NCBI GenBank assembly: GCA_964573705.1
Contig: CAZNLT010000009.1
Span: forward strand, 143 to 64,142
Length of the DNA stretch: 64,000 nt
Origin: an uncultured Desulfobacterales bacterium
GTDB taxonomy: Bacteria; Desulfobacterota; Desulfobacteria; Desulfobacterales; Desulfococcaceae
Direction: 5' to 3'
The position numbers and the translations under genes were made by a program. Below are positions 44,246 to 54,650 of this stretch, piece after piece. Under the pieces are notes generated by a model that did not search any database, had not been told where the DNA came from, and saw nothing but the letters and a program-made list of their open reading frames with translations. How positions within the stretch are numbered: position 1 is the stretch's first letter; the number at the start of each line of letters is the position of its first letter.

Positions 44246-45064
44246 TTATCTGCTGACGGTGTCCGTCAGGTGTTTGACCGCGCGCATGTATTCGGAAAAA
44301 CCGACATGCATCAGGTCGTTGTGGTTGGCGCCGGAAATTTTCAGAAGGGTTTTGTCGGAGGCGCCGGCGGCGTTATACAGGGCCTCCCCCTCGGAAAAAG
44401 GGATAATATGATCGTTTTGAGCATGAATAATCAAGGTGGGGCCCCTGAATGCGGCGATTTTGTCCACATTTCGGAACCCGTCTTTTTCCTCGAATCCGAT
44501 GGCGCGAATATCGATGCCCAAGAGTTCCAGGAGGGGGGCGGCGCGGGCGAACCCGCTTTCCACGATCAGTCCGTCTACCGCATCCGGGTAGTGGTACACC
44601 AGTTCCAGAACCGACGCGCTTCCCAGAGACCGGCCCATCAGAATCAGCGGGCCGGTAAACCCTTCTGAGCGGAGCCGACCGCGGGTAAAATCGAGGATCA
44701 CATGGCTGTCTCGCATCATGGCGGTGACGGTGGGAATCCCGTCGGATCGGCCGTAGCCCCGGTAATCCACCGGCAGGAAATTGATCCCCAGTCGGTTATA
44801 GACAGGTCCCAGGCCATCGTAGTCAGAGACGATCTCTCCGTTTCCGTGAAAGAAGAGGATGTTGGGGGCGGAAGCATCCGCCGTGTGAAAGCGCCCGCCC
44901 ACCCGGATATTTTCTTCCACCGGGATCAATATATCCTTCCCGGGGCCGGTGTTCAACCCGCCGCCCGTTTCCGTCCGGGGATGAAATAAAAAATGGATCA
45001 CTTCCGGGCGATCCAGGACCGAATACTTTATTTGGGATAAATCAATCATTGGAAAATCCATCAT
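44246..45064 (-). CDS. Alpha/beta hydrolase
   Basis: 272 aa. FFHGNGE, nucleophile elbow GRSLGSA, IIHAQNDHIIP, ..ANHND. Confidence 0.85.
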   Translation of the reverse strand: MMDFPMIDLSQIKYSVLDRPEVIHFLFHPRTETGGGLNTGPGKDILIPVEENIRVGGRFHTADASAPNILFFHGNGEIVSDYDGLGPVYNRLGINFLPVDYRGYGRSDGIPTVTAMMRDSHVILDFTRGRLRSEGFTGPLILMGRSLGSASVLELVYHYPDAVDGLIVESGFARAAPLLELLGIDIRAIGFEEKDGFRNVDKIAAFRGPTLIIHAQNDHIIPFSEGEALYNAAGASDKTLLKISGANHNDLMHVGFSEYMRAVKHLTDTVSR

Positions 45065-45189
45065 GAACGGTTAAGGATATCGATTGAATATCATTTCCTT
45101 ACTGAAATATCAACCGATACCGCCGATCCCGAAATGAGGGAAACCGGAGCGGGTGAAGGGAGTGGAAAGGCCGGCAGAAAAGGAACGGG

Positions 45190-45912
45190 TCAGTTGACCA
45201 CCACCAGATCATTCAGGTCGAGTTGTGCGGAAGCCGTCGATCCTTGACGGGCGGGCCTTCCGGCGGAAACAAAATGCTTTCGAAAATACCGCCGGTTGAG
45301 GTCGCTGATGGTCACCCCCCGGGACTGGCTGGCATGGACAAAACGATTGTTTTTCAGATAGATGCCCATGTGAGAAACCGGCTTTCTTTTAATCTGGAAA
45401 AAAACGATATCGCCCTCCCGCAAATCCTCCTGAGCCACCGGAACCAGATCGTATTTGTAAATGAACACGGAGGTCCGGTTCAGGGAAACGCCGTACACAT
45501 CTTCATAGATCTGTTTGACCAGACAGGAACAGTCGATACCCAACTGCGAGCATCCCCCCCACTGGTAAGGAGTTCCCATCCATTGTTCAATCGCCTTCAG
45601 CAGCTCCTTGTTTTCCGAGCCGTCGAGCAGAAGACCCAGTCTTTTGGAGTATTCGGAATAAAACAACAGGTCGGGATCAGCCGGGGGAGGGGGCGGTTTC
45701 TTTTGTTCTTTCGGGGTCGGTTCGGTTTCCTTTCGGAGATTCGGCGAAAGGATCGGTCTTTTTTCCGTTACAGACAGGGAGGGGTTTTCAGATCGGAGGT
45801 GAACCCGCAGGGCGGGATTAGGCGAAAGATTTCCGGCACAGGCGCATAAAAAGAGCATCAGCAGACCGCTGAAAACCATGGTTGAATATGATTTTGATCT
45901 ATTTGTCGGCAT
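45190..45912 (-). CDS. NlpC/P60 (C40) peptidoglycan endopeptidase lipoprotein
   Basis: 240 aa. Lipobox LFLCAC. GTPYQWGGCSQLGIDCSCLV (catalytic Cys), GDIVFF, SHMGIYL. Confidence 0.9.
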   Translation of the reverse strand: MPTNRSKSYSTMVFSGLLMLFLCACAGNLSPNPALRVHLRSENPSLSVTEKRPILSPNLRKETEPTPKEQKKPPPPPADPDLLFYSEYSKRLGLLLDGSENKELLKAIEQWMGTPYQWGGCSQLGIDCSCLVKQIYEDVYGVSLNRTSVFIYKYDLVPVAQEDLREGDIVFFQIKRKPVSHMGIYLKNNRFVHASQSRGVTISDLNRRYFRKHFVSAGRPARQGSTASAQLDLNDLVVVN

Positions 45913-46145
45913 GACCCTCTCCCTGATAATTTGGTGAACGCATCCCCTGAAGCATCGAAAGGCCGTTTTTATAACCGAAGTTATGACGGTTTATTAATTT
46001 ATTTCAAGTACTTAGGTTTTCCTATAAAAAACAGGGAGGATCAATGGGGCTCGGAGGGTAATCAGAGGTAGGGATGCGCTACCTGTAAGGATGGTGAAAA
46101 CAGGGCCGACGGTGTCGGAAAAAGCTCATGGCGGGTGCGAACCGC

Positions 46146-46544
46146 TCAGGAGGGAAACTCCATGAACAGATCGCTGTCTTGTCCGTCGACCTCCGGTTTG
46201 TTTTCCTTCCAGTTGAAGATTCGGCATTTTTCGGCTGCCTCGGAGGGGTTGGCGCAGCCGATATAGGGCATGGCGGGATCGCCGATGATCGACTTGTAGT
46301 GGGTCATCACCGGCTGTTGTCGAGGAATATCATCCAATTCAAGCACCTGGACCAGAAAGATTCGGCACTCTCCTTCGAACAGGCTGCTGGATTCTCGAAA
46401 CCCTTGAATTCGGCTTTCAAAGCGGTCGAGGGCCTCCCTGCGGGAGTCGGCCTGAATCACCAGATGGAATTCTCCGTGCCGTCGTTCTTCTTCATTTTCT
46501 TCCTGCTGACTGGTGGTATGCAAAAAATTTCCGATATAGACCAT
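46146..46544 (-). CDS. Hypothetical protein
   Basis: The ATG at 46544 (MVYIGNFLHTTSQQEE..) gives 132 aa. No motif recognised. The track ORF extends to 46619. Confidence 0.5.
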   Translation of the reverse strand: MVYIGNFLHTTSQQEENEEERRHGEFHLVIQADSRREALDRFESRIQGFRESSSLFEGECRIFLVQVLELDDIPRQQPVMTHYKSIIGDPAMPYIGCANPSEAAEKCRIFNWKENKPEVDGQDSDLFMEFPS

Positions 46545-46666
46545 ACCGATTCTCCTGATGTGAAAAGGTTTGCAAAGCGGGTTCGAAGAACTTCCCTTCG
46601 GCTTTCTGCATATCAGCACCGGTGCGGTCAGTCAAAAAGAATTTGAGGACCACCCGGTCGGTGTTT

Positions 46667-47563
46667 TTAACCTCTCGGATGATGCCGGCTGTGCATTTCC
46701 TTTAAACGGCTTCTCGCCAGATGGGTGTAAATCTGAGTCGTGGAGATGTCGGCATGACCCAGCATGAGTTGAATGGCGCGCAGATCCGCGCCGCCTTCCA
46801 GAAGATGGCTGGCAAAGGCGTGGCGCAGGCTGTGGGGGGTGATCGTTTTCCGGATTCCGGATTGATCGACGTATCCTTTCAGGATCTTCCAGAATCCCTG
46901 ACGGGTCATCGGTTTTCCGGCCCGGGCCGCGAACAGGTAGGGGCTGTTCTTGCCTTTCAGGATTTTGGGCCGGGCGGTCTGAAGGTAAAAGAGGAGTTTC
47001 TCCCGTGCATGAATTCCGATGGGGACGAGCCGTTCACTGGAACCTTTTCCCCGGACTTTGACGAAATTGGCATCCAGATTGACATCCTGAATCCTGAGAT
47101 GGATCAGCTCGGATACCCGCAGCCCGGCGGCATAGAGGGTTTCCAGCATAGCCGCGTTTCGAACCCCGGTGGGTTTGCCGGTGTCGGGCATGCTCAACAG
47201 GCGGCGGACCTCCTCCACCGTAAGAATGTCGGGCAACTTGAGCCCGGTTTTCGGCAGATCAATGGGCGCTGAAGGATCCCGCTGCAGAATGTTTTCCCGC
47301 ACCAGAAATCGGTAAAAGCCCCGAAGGGTCACCAGGTGCCGTGCCCGGGAGCGTTTATCCATTTGTTCATCTTTCAGATCCTTTAGGTGCTCCAGAATGT
47401 GGGCGGTATCGGCTTCCGAGGGCTGGCGAATTCCGATCTCCCTGAGAAAACCGAGGTACCGGTTCAGGTCTTCTCCGTAAGCCTCAAGGGTCGCCTTCGA
47501 AAGCCCTTTTTCCACCAACAGGTATGTGAAATACTGATCCGCGAGTTGATCCCAGGTCGTCAT
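46667..47563 (-). CDS. xerD: Tyrosine recombinase XerD
   Basis: 298 aa. LVEKGLSKATLEAYGEDLNRY, RNAAMLETLYAAGLRVSEL, PHSLRHAFASHLLEGGADLRAIQLMLGHADISTTQIYTH. Confidence 0.9.
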   Translation of the reverse strand: MTTWDQLADQYFTYLLVEKGLSKATLEAYGEDLNRYLGFLREIGIRQPSEADTAHILEHLKDLKDEQMDKRSRARHLVTLRGFYRFLVRENILQRDPSAPIDLPKTGLKLPDILTVEEVRRLLSMPDTGKPTGVRNAAMLETLYAAGLRVSELIHLRIQDVNLDANFVKVRGKGSSERLVPIGIHAREKLLFYLQTARPKILKGKNSPYLFAARAGKPMTRQGFWKILKGYVDQSGIRKTITPHSLRHAFASHLLEGGADLRAIQLMLGHADISTTQIYTHLARSRLKEMHSRHHPRG

Positions 47564-47790
47564 CTATTTGGTTTCTCCGATGCAGGTGTTTTTATGCTTA
47601 AGCCGTTTAATTTCCTTCATTATACCGAGTTTTTTCGGTCATTGACAAGGGCGGTTTTTTTAATTATCATCGTGCTTAGATAGATTGATCTCAAAGATTT
47701 TTTCTAAAGCACCGGTTCTTTTTGGCCCGAAATTTTCTTTTTCGACCTTTTTTCCACCCGGGCGAACGCCCTTCGGTTGTCGAGGAATAG

Positions 47791-48783
47791 ATGAACAAAT
47801 ACATTCTGGTCGTCGGCGGTGCGGGGTATATCGGGGCGCATATGTGCAAGTATCTCGCCGCCCAAGGGTATATGCCGCTGGTTCTGGACAATCTGGTATA
47901 CGGTCACCGTGAGGCGGTTCAGTGGGGTCCGCTGATCGAAGAATCGATCGAAGACACCCGGCTGCTGGATGAGGTCTTTTCCAAACACGATATTTCAGGG
48001 GTCATGCATTTTGCGGCCTATGCCTACGTGGGCGAATCCGTGGAAGACCCGGCCAAGTATTACCGGAACAATGTGGCGGCGACCCTGAATCTGCTGGAAG
48101 CCATGGTTCGACACCGGGTCGATTGTTTTATCTTTTCTTCATCCTGCGCCACCTACGGGGAACCGGTCCGGATTCCCATGGCCGAGGATCATCCCCAATT
48201 TCCGATCAACCCCTACGGACGAACCAAGCTCATGGTGGAGCAGGTGCTGGATGATTTCGAACAGGCCTACGGGCTTCGTTCCGTTTGTCTGCGCTATTTC
48301 AATGCGGCGGGGGCCGATCCCGAGGGACGATTGGGCGAAGATCACAGTCCGGAAACCCACCTCATTCCACTGGTGCTTCAAACCGCCCTCGGGCAGCGTA
48401 AAGAGATTCACATTTTCGGGGACGACTACGATACCCCGGACGGCACCTGTATTCGGGATTACATCCATGTGGAAGATCTGGCCCAGGCCCATCTCACCGC
48501 AATGGTACGGTTACTGGACGGCGCCCCCGGAGACAAATTCAATCTCGGCAACGGAGAAGGATATTCGGTAAAGGCGGTAATCGACACCGCCCGCCGGATC
48601 ACCGGCAAACCGATTCCGGCCCGAATCGATCCGAGAAGGCCCGGAGATCCGCCGTCTCTGATCGGTTCCAGCGAAAAAGCGATGCGGGATCTGGAATGGA
48701 CACCCGCGTACCCGGATCTCGACACCATCATCGAAACCGCCTGGCGGTGGCATCGGCGCCATCCTCAGGGGTTTGGAAGGTAA
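47791..48783 (+). CDS. galE: UDP-glucose 4-epimerase
   Basis: 330 aa. ILVVGGAGYIGAH, FSSSCATYG, YGRTK, LRYFNAAGA. Confidence 0.93.
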   Translation: MNKYILVVGGAGYIGAHMCKYLAAQGYMPLVLDNLVYGHREAVQWGPLIEESIEDTRLLDEVFSKHDISGVMHFAAYAYVGESVEDPAKYYRNNVAATLNLLEAMVRHRVDCFIFSSSCATYGEPVRIPMAEDHPQFPINPYGRTKLMVEQVLDDFEQAYGLRSVCLRYFNAAGADPEGRLGEDHSPETHLIPLVLQTALGQRKEIHIFGDDYDTPDGTCIRDYIHVEDLAQAHLTAMVRLLDGAPGDKFNLGNGEGYSVKAVIDTARRITGKPIPARIDPRRPGDPPSLIGSSEKAMRDLEWTPAYPDLDTIIETAWRWHRRHPQGFGR

Positions 48784-48863
48784 AAACTCCTGTTTTTCAG
48801 AATGAAACGATGACAGAATAGACATGCGGATTGAAATTTCATTTTCAACGAAAGGACGGTATA

Positions 48864-49349
48864 ATGAAGAAGATGAGGCGAAGCGGCAAATGGCGAATGG
48901 TTGCGGGGTTGTTCTTCTCCCTGGTGTTGCTGGCCGGATTTTCAGGCTGCAGCGGGTTGAGAGGCGGTTCGAGCGGATACGACGCACAGGGTGTTGCGGC
49001 CGACATGGGCAGCCCGCTCTATTACGGTTTCAATGACGTGCTGATTCCGCCGGAATTGAGGGCGGATCAGAAGAATTCCTATATTGTTCAATCCCATGGT
49101 TTTTCCGCCGGGATTTTATCCTTCAAAGGCCGGGTGGACCGGGGATCCCTGGTCGCCTTTTTTCGGGATAATATGCGTAAAGACAACTGGAAGCCCACCG
49201 GCTCTTTCATCTCCTCGAGAACCATTCTTTTGTATGAAAAGCAGAACCGCTGGTGCGTAATCTACATCACCGAGGGCGATTTCTACACCAATGTGGAGGT
49301 CGGGGTTATTCCCCGGATCGATGAAGGCAGTGGACAACTGATTCGATAA
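48864..49349 (+). CDS. Hypothetical lipoprotein
   Basis: The ATG at 48864 (MKKMRRSGKWRMVAGLFFSLVLLAGFSGC) gives a lipobox. 161 aa with no recognised family. The stop abuts the coaBC start. Confidence 0.65.
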   Translation: MKKMRRSGKWRMVAGLFFSLVLLAGFSGCSGLRGGSSGYDAQGVAADMGSPLYYGFNDVLIPPELRADQKNSYIVQSHGFSAGILSFKGRVDRGSLVAFFRDNMRKDNWKPTGSFISSRTILLYEKQNRWCVIYITEGDFYTNVEVGVIPRIDEGSGQLIR

Positions 49350-50555
49350 ATGACCGGCCGTCTTCAGGATAAACAGCTCATCCTCGGGGTGTGCGGCGGG
49401 ATTGCCGCCTATAAAAGCGTCGAGCTGCTTCGGCTGATGAGCAAGCAGGGGGCCCGGGTGCGGGTGGTCATGACCCGCCATGCCGGTGAATTCGTGGCGC
49501 CGCTCACCTTTGAGGCGCTCTCCGGAGAACCGGTCTGCATCGACCTTTTCGATCGCACCGACCGGGACGCCTCCATTCGACACATCGACTGGGCGCAGGA
49601 GGCCGACGCCGCGGTGATCGCGCCGGCCACCGCCAATCTGGTCGCCAAGCTGGCCAACGGAATGGCCGATGATGCCCTATCTACTTTTCTGTTGGCCATG
49701 ATCTGTCCGGTGCTGGTCTGTCCCTCCATGAACACCCATATGTACCAGCACCCCTCGGTTCAGCGGAACCTGGACCGGTTGAAAACGGATGGCCACATGG
49801 TCCTGGAGCCGGGCGCCGGGCAGCTGGCCTGCGGCACGGTGGGGCCGGGCAGACTGCCGGAGCCGGAACAGATTCTGGATCGGCTTATCGCCCGCCTTAC
49901 CCCCAAGGACCTGGCCGGCAAACGGGTGCTGGTGACCGCCGGGCCGACCCGGGAGTTTATCGACCCGGTCCGGTTCATCTCCAATCCGTCATCGGGAAAG
50001 ATGGGGTTTGCCGTGGCGACCGCCGCCGAACACCGGGGCGCCGAAGTCACGCTGGTGGCGGGTCCGAGCCATCTCTACGATCCGACCAATATTCAAACGA
50101 TTCGGGTGGTTTCGGCCCGGGAGATGGCCGAAGCGGTCTTCGACCATTTCGAGGCGGCGGACATCATCATCAAAACCGCGGCCGTATCCGATTACAGCCC
50201 CCGGGAGACCGCCGATCACAAGATCAAGAAGGGGGCCGAGGAGATGGACCTGGTGCTTCAAAAAAATATCGACATCCTGCGGACCCTCGGGGGCCGAAAG
50301 CGCCCGGATCAATTCCTCGCCGGATTTGCGGCGGAAACCCGGGACCTTCGGGAAAACGCCTGTAAAAAACTGGTTGAAAAGAACCTGGACATGATCGTCG
50401 GCAATCTGGTGGGAAATCCCGATTCCGGATTTTCCGCCGATACCAACCGTGTGACCCTCTTTTTTCCGAATCGGGAAAAGGAGCCCCTGGAGATCATGGA
50501 CAAAGCCGCGGTGGCCCATCGCATTCTCGACCGGATCATGGAGCGACTATCGTGA
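49350..50555 (+). CDS. coaBC: Bifunctional phosphopantothenoylcysteine decarboxylase / phosphopantothenate-cysteine ligase
   Basis: 401 aa. ILGVCGGIAAYKS, PAMNTHM-like CPSMNTHMY, VTAGPTREFIDPVRFISNPSSGKMG, AAVSDY. Confidence 0.95.
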   Translation: MTGRLQDKQLILGVCGGIAAYKSVELLRLMSKQGARVRVVMTRHAGEFVAPLTFEALSGEPVCIDLFDRTDRDASIRHIDWAQEADAAVIAPATANLVAKLANGMADDALSTFLLAMICPVLVCPSMNTHMYQHPSVQRNLDRLKTDGHMVLEPGAGQLACGTVGPGRLPEPEQILDRLIARLTPKDLAGKRVLVTAGPTREFIDPVRFISNPSSGKMGFAVATAAEHRGAEVTLVAGPSHLYDPTNIQTIRVVSAREMAEAVFDHFEAADIIIKTAAVSDYSPRETADHKIKKGAEEMDLVLQKNIDILRTLGGRKRPDQFLAGFAAETRDLRENACKKLVEKNLDMIVGNLVGNPDSGFSADTNRVTLFFPNREKEPLEIMDKAAVAHRILDRIMERLS

Positions 50556-51382
50556 GCCGGGAACACGCCCCGTTGGCCCGGGAGCGGCGGGCCGCATTCG
50601 CGGAGACCCTGAGTCAGGTCCGGAACACCCTCTCTTTCATGGCCGATCTGGGGTGCCGCGGATTCGACCTTTCGGGGGAGGCCCTCGATATTCTGGATCG
50701 GCTGGGTAAAATCGACCGGCCGCAAACGCCGAAGCGGCAGGAGCAACCGGCTGCCGCGAAAAGGAAGGATCCTCCTGCTGAATCGAAGCCCTGGAAAAAG
50801 CCGGAAACCCCGGCGGAATCGATCCGCCCCGAATCCCTGAAAGATATTCGGGAAGATCTGGGGGAATGCCGGCGCTGCAAGCTATGCGAGCGTCGCACTC
50901 ATATCGTTTTCGGCGCCGGAAATGCCGGGGCCCGGCTGATGTTTGTGGGGGAAGGCCCCGGACGGGATGAAGACCTTCAAGGGGAACCTTTTGTCGGGGC
51001 CGCGGGCCGGCTCCTGACCAAGATCATTCAGGCGATTCAACTCACCCGGAAAGAGGTGTATATCGCCAACATCATCAAATGCCGTCCTCCGGGAAACCGG
51101 AATCCGGAGCCCGAGGAGATTCGAACCTGCTATCCTTTTCTGGAACGTCAGATTCAGGCGATACGACCGGAATTCATCTGCGCCCTGGGAAGTTTCGCCG
51201 CCCGGACCCTGTTGAGCACGACCCAGCCCATTTCCCGACTGAGGGGACGTTTTCATAATTACAAAGGGATCCGGGTGGTCCCTACCTTCCACCCCGCCTT
51301 CCTTCTTCGCAATCCGGAGCGGAAGCGGGATGTCTGGGAGGATATGAAAATGCTTATGCGGGAGATGGGCCATGAAATCTGA
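50552..51382 (+). CDS. Family 4 uracil-DNA glycosylase with a ~100-aa N-terminal extension
   Basis: 276 aa. CRRCKLCERRTHIVFGAGNAGARLMFVGEGPG, GEPFVGAAG, ANIIKCRPPGNRNP, PTFHPAFLLRNP. The GTG start overlaps the coaBC stop (GTGA). Confidence 0.9.
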   Translation: MSREHAPLARERRAAFAETLSQVRNTLSFMADLGCRGFDLSGEALDILDRLGKIDRPQTPKRQEQPAAAKRKDPPAESKPWKKPETPAESIRPESLKDIREDLGECRRCKLCERRTHIVFGAGNAGARLMFVGEGPGRDEDLQGEPFVGAAGRLLTKIIQAIQLTRKEVYIANIIKCRPPGNRNPEPEEIRTCYPFLERQIQAIRPEFICALGSFAARTLLSTTQPISRLRGRFHNYKGIRVVPTFHPAFLLRNPERKRDVWEDMKMLMREMGHEI

Positions 51383-52730
51383 TCTCGTTTTTTCCGTCCT
51401 CGCTGTTCTGTTCTTCTTTATCCCGCTTCCGGCCGACCTGAAGGCCGAGGAGCCCGGCGACATCTATATTATTTCCATTTCGGACCCCATCGGTCCGGGG
51501 GTCTCCGGTTTTGTAGCGTCCGGCATCGAAGAGGCCAATGCGGAAGCGGCAGAGTGCCTGATCATTCTCCTGAATACCCCCGGCGGTCTGGTGGATGCCA
51601 TGCGGGATATCGTGCAGACCGTTCTGGGAAGCGGGGCGCCCGTGGTGGTCTATGTGGCGCCCCCGGGGGCCCGGGCCGCATCGGCCGGGGTGTTGATCAC
51701 CTTGGCGGCGGATATCGCGGCCATGGCTCCGGGCACCAATATCGGCGCGGCCCATCCGGTCGGCGCCGGCGGAGCGGAAATGGAAGGCCCCATGGCCGAC
51801 AAGGTCCTGAATGATATGGCTGCCTATGCCCGGACCCTTGCGGAACGCCGGGGCCGGAATGTGGAATGGGCTGAAAAGGCGGTTCGGGAGTCGGTATCGG
51901 CTACGGAAAACGAGGCTTTGGAAGAGGGGGTCATCGACCTGATCGCCGCCGATATGGAGGACCTGATTCAAAAACTCGACGGCCGGACGGTGGCGGGGAA
52001 AAAGAAGCTGAATCTTCAAAACGCCCGGCAAGTGCCGATAGAGCCGAATTTTCGCACTCAGGTCCTCAAAGCCGTCAGTGATCCCAATATCGCCTTTATC
52101 TTGCTGATGATCGGGCTGGCCGGCCTCTATTTCGAGCTGGCCCAGCCCGGGGCCATTTTTCCCGGTGTCATCGGGGGGATCAGCCTGATTCTGGCATTTT
52201 TCGCCCTTCAGACCCTTCCGGTCAATTATGCCGGGGTGCTTTTGATTATCGCGGGCCTGGTTTTGTTTCTTCTGGAAATCAAAATCACCAGCTACGGGCT
52301 GTTGAGCCTGGCCGGAATCGGAAGCCTGTTTCTGGGCTCCCTGATGCTGTTCGAGAGGGAAATGCCGGGGTTTCGCCTGTCCTGGAGCGTGCTCATCACC
52401 ACGGTGGCGATGTTTTCCGGGTTTTTTATCGCGGTGGTGGCCCTGGTCTGTCGATCTCAATTTCTTCAACCGAAAACCGGCGCGGACGGATTGATCGGAC
52501 AATCGGGAGAGGTTCGGGAGGCGCTTTCCCCCCGGGGAAAGGTCTTCATCCACGGAGAAATCTGGAACGCGGTTTCGCAAACCCCGGTGCTTCCGGGGGA
52601 GGCCGTCCGGGTCATCGGGGTCCAAGGGCTTCTCCTTGAGGTTCAGCCTCTGGCGCTGATTGAAACGAATTCGGGCAAAGCGGCGCGGCCCCAGGGGAGG
52701 GCGCCCGGAAACTCGCTGAAGAAACCCTAA
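51372..52730 (+). CDS. NfeD-family membrane-bound ClpP-class serine protease
   Basis: 452 aa. Signal peptide, ClpP-like domain ([26 protein letters not shown]), 4-5 TM segments and a C-terminal OB-fold NfeD tail ([14 protein letters not shown]). Confidence 0.9.
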   Translation: MKSDLVFSVLAVLFFFIPLPADLKAEEPGDIYIISISDPIGPGVSGFVASGIEEANAEAAECLIILLNTPGGLVDAMRDIVQTVLGSGAPVVVYVAPPGARAASAGVLITLAADIAAMAPGTNIGAAHPVGAGGAEMEGPMADKVLNDMAAYARTLAERRGRNVEWAEKAVRESVSATENEALEEGVIDLIAADMEDLIQKLDGRTVAGKKKLNLQNARQVPIEPNFRTQVLKAVSDPNIAFILLMIGLAGLYFELAQPGAIFPGVIGGISLILAFFALQTLPVNYAGVLLIIAGLVLFLLEIKITSYGLLSLAGIGSLFLGSLMLFEREMPGFRLSWSVLITTVAMFSGFFIAVVALVCRSQFLQPKTGADGLIGQSGEVREALSPRGKVFIHGEIWNAVSQTPVLPGEAVRVIGVQGLLLEVQPLALIETNSGKAARPQGRAPGNSLKKP

Positions 52731-52750
52731 CAAAAGGCGGGAGGTATATA

Positions 52751-53509
52751 ATGCCGATTATCCTGATCGTCATTCTCATCCTGACGGCGCTCTTTCTCTG
52801 GGCCGCCATTCGGGTCCTGAATGAATATGAGCGGGGGGTGATTTTTCGGCTGGGGCGGGTGATTCGGATCAAGGGCCCCGGTTTGATCATCCTGGTTCCG
52901 GTCATCGATAAAATTGTGCGGGTGAGTCTGCGGCTGGTCGTCATGGATGTCGATCCCCAGGACGTCATCACCCGGGACAACGTCTCGGTCAAGGTCAATG
53001 CGGTGATCTATTTCCGGGTGATCGATCCGATCAAGGCGGTCATCGAGGTGGAGGATTACCGGTATGCCATCGGCCAGCTGGCCCAGACCACCCTGCGCTC
53101 CATCTGCGGCCAGGCGGAACTGGATGAACTGCTGTCCGAACGGGAGAAGATCAATTCCAGTATCCAGGAAATTCTGGATACCCAGACCGACCCCTGGGGA
53201 ATCAAGGTCACCACCGTGGAATTGAAACATATCGACCTTCCCCAGGAGATGCAGCGGGCCATGGCACGGCAGGCCGAGGCGGAAAGAGACCGGCGGGCCA
53301 AGGTGATCAACGCCGAAGGGGAATTTCAGGCCGCGGCCCGGCTGGCCGATGCGGCCGAAATCATCGAAGCCCGGCCCATCGCGCTTCAGCTTCGGTATCT
53401 TCAGACCATGAATGAAATGTCGGCCGAAAGAAACACCACCACCATCTTTCCGGTGCCCCTGGACCTGTTCAAACCGATTTTCGATCTGATTTCCAGACAG
53501 GGGAAATAG
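52751..53509 (+). CDS. SPFH/Band 7 stomatin-like protein
   Basis: 252 aa. N-terminal [56 protein letters not shown]. The classic nfeD-stomatin pair. Confidence 0.93.
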   Translation: MPIILIVILILTALFLWAAIRVLNEYERGVIFRLGRVIRIKGPGLIILVPVIDKIVRVSLRLVVMDVDPQDVITRDNVSVKVNAVIYFRVIDPIKAVIEVEDYRYAIGQLAQTTLRSICGQAELDELLSEREKINSSIQEILDTQTDPWGIKVTTVELKHIDLPQEMQRAMARQAEAERDRRAKVINAEGEFQAAARLADAAEIIEARPIALQLRYLQTMNEMSAERNTTTIFPVPLDLFKPIFDLISRQGK

Positions 53510-53561
53510 CCGGCATTGGGTCTTTTTTTATCGGCCGAAGTTCAAAAGCCTGCTTTCCCGG

Positions 53562-53591
53562 TTGACAGCATAAGAACAATTAATTTATAAA
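53562..53591 (+). promoter_or_regulatory. Sigma70-like promoter candidate (TTGACA-N18-TATAAA)
   Basis: ccggTTGACAgcataagaacaattaattTATAAAac, ~95 nt upstream of the 53687 start. Confidence 0.45.
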
Positions 53592-53686
53592 ACACATTTT
53601 TCCAATTCCACGAATTATGCAGATAATGCCAGGGTGGGGGTTCACCTCCGCTTCTACTTTTTTGAAAGAAAGGAGCACGACGGAAG

Positions 53687-54007
53687 ATGGCCAAGAAAGA
53701 AGCCAAAGAAAAACCCCTTGAAAAGATGACCGCGAAAGAACTGAGGGAACTTGCCATGTCTCTGGAGGAGATTACCGGGGCCAGCGGCATGAACAAGACG
53801 GAGCTGATCAGCGCCATTCGAAAGGCACGGGGTATCCAGGAGCCGGTCGGCCGAAAAAAGAGCGGCTCCGTTCGGGAAATAAAACACAAGATGAAGGAGC
53901 TGAAAGCCAAACGGGAAGCCGCCTTGAAAGAAGAGGATGAAAAAATGGCCGACGTCTTGCGGAAACGGATACTCCGGCTCAAGAAAAAGACCCGGCGGGT
54001 CGCTTGA
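53687..54007 (+). CDS. Small Lys-rich protein with a Rho_N/SAP-like helix-hairpin motif
   Basis: 106 aa with a GAAAGGAG RBS. KMTAKELRELAMSLEEITGASGMNKTELISAIRKA resembles the Rho N-terminal/SAP motif. The rest is K/E-rich. Confidence 0.65.
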   Translation: MAKKEAKEKPLEKMTAKELRELAMSLEEITGASGMNKTELISAIRKARGIQEPVGRKKSGSVREIKHKMKELKAKREAALKEEDEKMADVLRKRILRLKKKTRRVA

Positions 54008-54062
54008 TTCCGGTGAATTCATTTTTCCGAAAATCCGCCGGCGAATACGCCGGAGGGCCGCT

Positions 54063-54650
54063 TTGAAAATCGACCCGAATCGGTTGGCTTTTGACATCGA
54101 CGGGGTGGTGGCCGACACCATGCATCTGTTCCTGGATATCGCCCGTGAGGATTTCAATATTCGGGATCTTCGGTACCAAGACATCACCTGCTATATGCTG
54201 GAAGAGTGTCTGAACCTCGAAGAAGCGGTGATCGAATCCATTGTGGTGAAACTCCTGGACGGCAGCCGGGATGCGGGGCTGCGGCCGATCCCGGGGGCCC
54301 CGGAGGTTCTGGAACGGTTGGGCAACGACCACGGACCTGTGCGGTTCGTGACCGCCCGCCCCGACGATGAAGCCATTCGGGAGTGGATGCACCGAATCAT
54401 GCCGCTTCCGCCTTCCCATCTGGACATCGTGGCCACCGGTTCTTTCGAGGCCAAAGCCACGGTGCTTCGGGAAAAGGGGATATCCCATTTCGTGGAAGAC
54501 CGGCTGGAAACCTGTTTTCTGCTTCAGGAGGAAGGGCTTACACCGATCCTGTTCAAGCAGCCCTGGAACCGGGAATCCCATCCCTTTGTGGAGGTGGAAA
54601 ACTGGAAGGAACTGGCCGCTCTGATCGATTTTCCGGACCGGAATTCATGA
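54063..54650 (+). CDS. HAD-superfamily hydrolase (5'(3')-deoxyribonucleotidase-like)
   Basis: HAD motif I in LAFDIDGVVADT, then ..FVTARP.., and C-terminal ..FVEDR..ILFKQPWN. A TTG at 54063 is the first plausible start after the upstream gene's stop. The track ORF begins at 53937 inside the preceding gene. Confidence 0.7.
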   Translation: MKIDPNRLAFDIDGVVADTMHLFLDIAREDFNIRDLRYQDITCYMLEECLNLEEAVIESIVVKLLDGSRDAGLRPIPGAPEVLERLGNDHGPVRFVTARPDDEAIREWMHRIMPLPPSHLDIVATGSFEAKATVLREKGISHFVEDRLETCFLLQEEGLTPILFKQPWNRESHPFVEVENWKELAALIDFPDRNS